From assembly GCA_031441465.1 (NCBI GenBank), contig JANOEP010000008.1, positions 11,457 through 75,456 on the forward strand: 64,000 nucleotides of DNA. Direction: 5' to 3'. A program made the position numbers and the translations under genes. Origin of the DNA: a bacterium (lineage in GTDB: Bacteria; Krumholzibacteriota; Krumholzibacteriia; LZORAL124-64-63). Under the pieces are notes generated by a model that worked only from the letters and a program-made list of their open reading frames with translations, ran no database searches and had not been told where the DNA came from. Shown here in pieces: positions 59,157 through 64,000 of this stretch (positions within the stretch are counted from its first letter, which is position 1; each line of letters opens with the position of its first letter).

Positions 59157-61208
59157 TCAGGCTCCGGCCGGAATCGCCCGGGCGCGCTCGCCGTGCGCGC
59201 GCACGGAACGCACCAGTCCCGGAGCGTCCAGGATCAGCGCCACGTTCCCGTCCGCAAGAATGGTGCCGCCCGCGATGCCCGGCACGCCGCCGGCCGGGCG
59301 GTCGAAACCCTTGATCACGACCTGTTGCTGCCCGAACAGTTCATCGGCCACCAGGCCGATGCGGCAGCCGTCGCCTTCGATCACCAGCACCACCGGCCGC
59401 GCCGGCCCGGCGACGGCGGCGCCGATGCCGAAGCGCTCGCGCAGCCGCAGCAACGGGATCAACTCCCCGTCGAGGCGCAGCAACTCGTCCGCGTCGAAGG
59501 GCCGCACGATGTCGGCCGGTTCCGGCCTCACGATCCTCAGGACGGCGAGCGTCGGCACGATGTACGTCTCGGCGCCGACCCCCAGCAACAACCCGTCGAT
59601 GACCGCGAGCGTCAACGGCAACCGGAACCGGAACCGGCAGCCCCGTCCCGGTTCCGACGCGATCTCCATCCCGCCGCGCAATTCCTCGAGGTTGCGGCGC
59701 ACCACGTCCAGGCCGACGCCCCTCCCGCTGACCTCGGTGACCTGCGTCGCGGTCGAGAAACCGGGCAGGAAGATCAGGTCGTGGATCTCGTGGGTGGCCG
59801 GCTGCGCGCCGGGCGGCAGCAGACCGCGGCGGATCGCCTTGTCGAGGATGGCGGCGCGGTCGAGGCCGCGCCCGTCGTCCTCGACTTCCAGGACGATGCT
59901 GCCGCCCTCGTGGTAGGCCCGCAAGCCGATGGTGGCGCGCGCCGGCTTGCCGGAGGCGACCCGCGTCGCGGGATCGGGCTCGATGCCGTGGTCCACCGCG
60001 TTGCGCAGCAGGTGGATCAGGGGATCGGTCAGCAGGTCGACCACCGAGCGGTCGAGTTCGGTCTCTTCGCCGCTGGTGCGCAATTCCACGTCGCGCCCCG
60101 ACTTCTGGGCCAGGTCGCGCACCAGGCGGGTCATCTTCTGGAAGACCGGCCGCACCGGCACCAGGCGCACGTCCAGCCCGATGCGCTGCAGTTCGCGGCC
60201 GAGCTTGCCGAGGCGCTCCAGGTTGCGCTGCTGCTCCACCGGCAGCTGCTGCGGTGCAAAGTGGCGCCGGATCATCGCCTCGGTGATGACCAGCTCGCCG
60301 ATGGTGTCGACCAGCAGGTCGAGGCGGTCGGCGCTCACGCGCACGGCCTCGCGTTGCACGGCGCGGGGCGGCGCCGCGATCGGTGCCGATGCTGTCGCCG
60401 GTATGGCCGCATCGCGCCGGCGCTCCTTCCCCCGCGCCAGCATCACCAGGCCGCCGGTCGGCGCCGGTGGCGCCAGGCACGCCGCCAGCGTCGGGACTTC
60501 CCCGGGCACGTGCAACCAGCCGTCGCCCCGCAGGCCAAGGACCACGTCGGCCACGAGCCGCTTCAGGGCGTCGGTGGCCGCCAGGGCCGGGTTCAGTTCG
60601 TCGCCGGTGAGCACGATCTCCCCGCGGCGGGCCCGGTCCAGATGGTGCTCCGCGGCATGGGCCAAGGCCTGGACGGGCGCGAGTCCGGCGAAGCCGGCCA
60701 CGCCCTTGAGCGTGTGGAAGGCCCGGAACGCGGCGTGCAGGGAGGAGGGTTCGTTCGGCGCCTGCTCGAGCGCCAGCAGGCGGGCTTCGGCCTCGGGCAG
60801 GAGTTCGTCCGCCTCTTCCAGGAAGTCGCGCAGCGTCTCGGGATCGAGCGACCGCAGGTCGATGTCAAAGGTGCGGTCGGAGGCGGCACCCGGAGCGCCG
60901 GTCGCCCTTGCCGGCGCCAGGCGGTGCAGGATCCAGTCGGTCGCATCCAGAATGCGGTCGACGCCGGCGCTCAGCCCCTCGTCCAGCAGGACGTCTTGCA
61001 CCTCGCGGGCGCGGGCGGCGACCTCCGGATCGCCGGCCGCATCGGCCTCGCAACCGAGATCGTGGAACAGGCACAGCAGGTCGTCGAGGTCGTCCGCGGC
61101 GGGGTTGGCCGCGGCGGTCAACACCATCCCGTCGAGCGGCGCCAACTCGCGGCGCCAACGCGTACGGAAGCCGTCGGCGGCCGCGCTCTTGTCGAGACTG
61201 GCGGTCAA
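59157..61208 (-). CDS. cheA: Chemotaxis histidine kinase
   Basis: FRAFHTLKG (HPt), IGELVI, HLLRNAVDHGIE, DDGRG, GFST, SGRGVGLDVV, CheW-like P5. Confidence 0.95.
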   Translation of the reverse strand: MTASLDKSAAADGFRTRWRRELAPLDGMVLTAAANPAADDLDDLLCLFHDLGCEADAAGDPEVAARAREVQDVLLDEGLSAGVDRILDATDWILHRLAPARATGAPGAASDRTFDIDLRSLDPETLRDFLEEADELLPEAEARLLALEQAPNEPSSLHAAFRAFHTLKGVAGFAGLAPVQALAHAAEHHLDRARRGEIVLTGDELNPALAATDALKRLVADVVLGLRGDGWLHVPGEVPTLAACLAPPAPTGGLVMLARGKERRRDAAIPATASAPIAAPPRAVQREAVRVSADRLDLLVDTIGELVITEAMIRRHFAPQQLPVEQQRNLERLGKLGRELQRIGLDVRLVPVRPVFQKMTRLVRDLAQKSGRDVELRTSGEETELDRSVVDLLTDPLIHLLRNAVDHGIEPDPATRVASGKPARATIGLRAYHEGGSIVLEVEDDGRGLDRAAILDKAIRRGLLPPGAQPATHEIHDLIFLPGFSTATQVTEVSGRGVGLDVVRRNLEELRGGMEIASEPGRGCRFRFRLPLTLAVIDGLLLGVGAETYIVPTLAVLRIVRPEPADIVRPFDADELLRLDGELIPLLRLRERFGIGAAVAGPARPVVLVIEGDGCRIGLVADELFGQQQVVIKGFDRPAGGVPGIAGGTILADGNVALILDAPGLVRSVRAHGERARAIPAGA

Positions 61209-61278
61209 GGTCCGGCCCTCTCCCGGTCGACGGGACGACGGCGCCCTGGACGGAATGCCCGGGACTCCTCTTCGGGTG

Positions 61279-61305
61279 TCATCGGCCTGAAACGGTGAGT
61301 CTTGA
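61279..61305 (-). promoter_or_regulatory. sigma28 (FliA) promoter of the cheA operon
   Basis: TCAA-N15-GCCGATGA on the minus strand. Confidence 0.75.
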
Positions 61306-61325
61306 GGGCTCGGCCGCGGAGGTGG

Positions 61326-63650
61326 TCAGGCCTTCTTCAGGAAGGCGAGGGCATGGCTCTGGTCGGCGTCCATGATGATGTCGAGCCGGCGATCCTGGGC
61401 CACGGCGGGCACGTGGATGACCCGGACGACGTCGGATAGGCCGGCCGCGTCGGGCAACAGGTCCGCCAGGCAGTTCGGCGAGCCCAGCAGGAACTCCTCG
61501 TTGAATACCACGCCGGGATCATCCGGGTACAACGGCAGGTAGCCGATGTCGGCCTCGAGCAGGTCCTGGAAGAAGTGGGTGCCGAACGAGACGTCCGGCA
61601 CGTAATCGCCCTTGCGCCGGGCGACTTCCAGGAGCATCCGGGCGTGGTTGATGTCGGCGTAGTCCACGCGGACTCCCAGTTTGACGTCGCCGCGGCTGCC
61701 CCAGCGGCCGGGGCCCATGAGCACGAACTTCCGGTGCGGCAGGATGCGGTTCAGTTGGCCGACGGTCGTCCCCACCGCCAGCAGCCGTTCGTAATCCTCG
61801 ATCTCAGCGTAGGCCTCGCCATGCACGTAGACGATGTACTCGATCGCCTCGACCTGCCCCATCTGGACGAATCGCCTCGCCGAGAAGATCTGGTCCGCGG
61901 GGCGGATTCCCGGCGGGATCTCCACGCGCGCGTAGTGACCGGCGCGGCTCTGCGGCCGGCACTGCAGGATGTAGAGATGCTCGCCGTCGTGGGCGAACTC
62001 CACGTCCACCGGCACGTGCCAGGTCTCCCCGAGCACGTCCAGGATCTCCTTCATCTGACGGGCGAAACCCGTACGTTCCAGGAGACCGTCGAAGGTGATC
62101 ACGAGGTCCCGCGGCTCGACGTTGAACAGCAGGCCCGTCGCGGGGATCAACTGCCCGTCGCGGTAGATCGAGAAGATCTGCTGCGCGACCGGGAACCGGT
62201 TGCCGGCCTCCTGCATCAGCCGCTCCAGGGGCACCGTGACGAACTCGTTCTCGACGAGGTCCACGACGTCGACGTAGTGCTGGCTGTAGCGCAGGATCTC
62301 CTCCGGTTGCACGACGGTGCGCAGGCTGGGCTGCCCCGGGCTGAACAGCTTGGGGTAGTCCTCCCCCACGCGGTCGACGGCGCGCGTGCCCAGCCCCGCC
62401 ACCAGGCGCACCATGCCGTCCTCGCGGCGCAGTCGCGGCGACCAGGTGTAGTCGTTGGACCCGAAGGCCACGCCGGCAAAGGCCGGCAGCCAGTAGCGTC
62501 CGATGCGCCGGCCGACCACCGGCTGGATGATGCAGGCCATCTCCTCGCGGAAGTCCAGTAGGCCCCGCTCCTTGCGGTACTGGATGGCGCCGGGGTTGAA
62601 GACGCTGGCGTAGACCTGCGTCACCGCGCGCAGCAGCTCCTGCATGCGGTCGTGCAGGGAACCCTGGTTGGCGACGAAGAGGCTGCTGTACTTGCCGCAG
62701 AAGGCGGCGCCGAGCCGGTCCTCGAGCAGGCTGCTGGAGCGCACGACCAGCGGCACCTCGCCCAGCGTCTTGAGGATCCCCGACAGCCGCTTGACCACGT
62801 AGGTCGGGAAACGGCCGGTGCGGTACAGCCGCTGCAGGATGCTGTACTGGCGACGCAGGTCGTCGCCCTCGCGGTACTTGATGTTCGTCAGGTCGCCGAG
62901 GCCGTTGGCTTTCAGGAAGTCGAGGATCACGTCCGACCGGATGTAGTAGGTGTGGGGCGTCTTGAAGTGCCCCACGGCACGGCCCTGGCGACGGGCCTTC
63001 GCCAGCGCATCGTGCGCCAGGATGAACCCGGCCGCCTTGCCGCCCAGCTTGCCCAGGCCCTGCTCGGGGCCGATCACGCGGGACATGATCTCGGAGAAGT
63101 CGCGGATCGTCAGGACGTTCTTGGCGATGCTCAGGTACTCGAGCTGGTCCGAGAGCAGGCGCCGGATCAGGGCCACGCGCGTGCCCATCGCGTCGGACAG
63201 CGACAGCGTCGCGCCCCCGATGGGCATCTTGGAGAACTCGAGCGACTCGCGGCCGATCTCCCGCCACGAGCAGAACGGGTCGTCGGCCATCTCGGCCAGA
63301 CGCAGGGCCAGGTCCTTCTTGATGGCCATGTAGATCAGGTCCTGGATCTTGTCGTCGGACCAGAGGTCGGCCGCCTTGCCGCGGACGATGTCGCGCAGTT
63401 CCTCGACGGCGCCTTCGCTCAGTGACGGCGCGGGCCGGTTGGGGTTGGACCAGTGCAGGAAATCGGCGTCGCCGGCGACGCGCGAGACCTGGACCTCGAG
63501 TTCGTCGAGCGTCATGAGCCCCTCCTCGATCAGCACGAGGAGGAAATGGCGGATGATCTTTTCGTAGAGGACGGGCGACTCGGACCGGTGGAATTCCAGC
63601 GACTCGCGCCAGTTCGGCTCCCGGGTGAGGTCCACGTGTTCCCCGGTCAT
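61326..63650 (-). CDS. PEP/pyruvate-binding (PPDK_N ATP-grasp) domain protein
   Basis: GGKAAG, VRSSSLLED, FCGKY, GLGTRAV, DVEFA, ILQCRP, GPGRWGS, SFGTHFF. Confidence 0.88.
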   Translation of the reverse strand: MTGEHVDLTREPNWRESLEFHRSESPVLYEKIIRHFLLVLIEEGLMTLDELEVQVSRVAGDADFLHWSNPNRPAPSLSEGAVEELRDIVRGKAADLWSDDKIQDLIYMAIKKDLALRLAEMADDPFCSWREIGRESLEFSKMPIGGATLSLSDAMGTRVALIRRLLSDQLEYLSIAKNVLTIRDFSEIMSRVIGPEQGLGKLGGKAAGFILAHDALAKARRQGRAVGHFKTPHTYYIRSDVILDFLKANGLGDLTNIKYREGDDLRRQYSILQRLYRTGRFPTYVVKRLSGILKTLGEVPLVVRSSSLLEDRLGAAFCGKYSSLFVANQGSLHDRMQELLRAVTQVYASVFNPGAIQYRKERGLLDFREEMACIIQPVVGRRIGRYWLPAFAGVAFGSNDYTWSPRLRREDGMVRLVAGLGTRAVDRVGEDYPKLFSPGQPSLRTVVQPEEILRYSQHYVDVVDLVENEFVTVPLERLMQEAGNRFPVAQQIFSIYRDGQLIPATGLLFNVEPRDLVITFDGLLERTGFARQMKEILDVLGETWHVPVDVEFAHDGEHLYILQCRPQSRAGHYARVEIPPGIRPADQIFSARRFVQMGQVEAIEYIVYVHGEAYAEIEDYERLLAVGTTVGQLNRILPHRKFVLMGPGRWGSRGDVKLGVRVDYADINHARMLLEVARRKGDYVPDVSFGTHFFQDLLEADIGYLPLYPDDPGVVFNEEFLLGSPNCLADLLPDAAGLSDVVRVIHVPAVAQDRRLDIIMDADQSHALAFLKKA

Positions 63651-63656
63651 CGCCGG

Positions 63657-64000
63657 CTAGTCCTTGGCTGGGGACTTGCGGGCGGAAGCCTTCTTGACCG
63701 CCCGACGCGCGGGGGCCTTCGCCGCCGTCTCCTTGCCCGCAGCGGGCTTCGCCGCCGCGCTCTTGGGTCGGGTTCCCGCCGGCTTGGCGGCCGGCCGGCC
63801 CGCGGCCTTCTTCGCCGTCTTGGGCGCCGTCGTCTTCTTCGTCGGCTTGACAGCGGGCGCGGGGGCCGCCGCCGCGGTCGGCGCCGCCGGCTGGTCCGGC
63901 TTGGCCGGGCCGCGTCCGCGGCGCGAGCGGGAGCCCGGGACCACGAGATGACCGTGCTCATGGTTACGCACGAGCCGGCGGCCGCCGCGAACTGCGAGTC
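63657..64000 (-). CDS. 3' end of a gene with a Lys/Ala/Pro-rich histone-like tail (5' part outside the window)
   Basis: Frame open to the window edge; KPTKKTTAPKTAKKAAGRPAAK low-complexity tail; stop 6 nt upstream of the next gene start. Confidence 0.55.
   Translation of the reverse strand, partial: LAVRGGRRLVRNHEHGHLVVPGSRSRRGRGPAKPDQPAAPTAAAAPAPAVKPTKKTTAPKTAKKAAGRPAAKPAGTRPKSAAAKPAAGKETAAKAPARRAVKKASARKSPAKD

Overview
High-GC bacterial chromosomal segment, gene-dense, with no rRNA, tRNA, CRISPR array, integrase or transposase recognised. A secreted LVIVD protein with a C-terminal PNPFNP/FlgD-Ig domain suggests an FCB-group candidate phylum such as Krumholzibacteriota/Latescibacterota (inference). 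Contents in order: ECF sigma/anti-sigma operon flanked by two Spy/CpxP-like genes; ychF, malic enzyme, ogt, glgP, rocD; transporters; D,D-carboxypeptidase and tricorn protease; GT2-TPR glycosyltransferases and a VioA-like aminotransferase with sigma54-type promoters (probably flagellin/surface glycosylation); asnS, feoAB; three toxin-antitoxin modules (2x MazEF, MNT-HEPN); beta-CASP RNase, RhlE helicase, a short Rho; a citD-citE fusion plus citF; two convergent sigma28-driven chemotaxis operons without MCP or cheB; and a PPDK_N-type protein. The most unusual signals are non-coding: (1) two dispersed copies of a 127-128 bp three-stem element with the same geometry and compensatory base changes (27420-27547, 49691-49817); (2) a GGA-rich minus-strand leader/sRNA with CsrA-type hairpin loops next to a tandem operator (11457-11752). 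All calls come from reading the sequence and motifs; no database searches were run.
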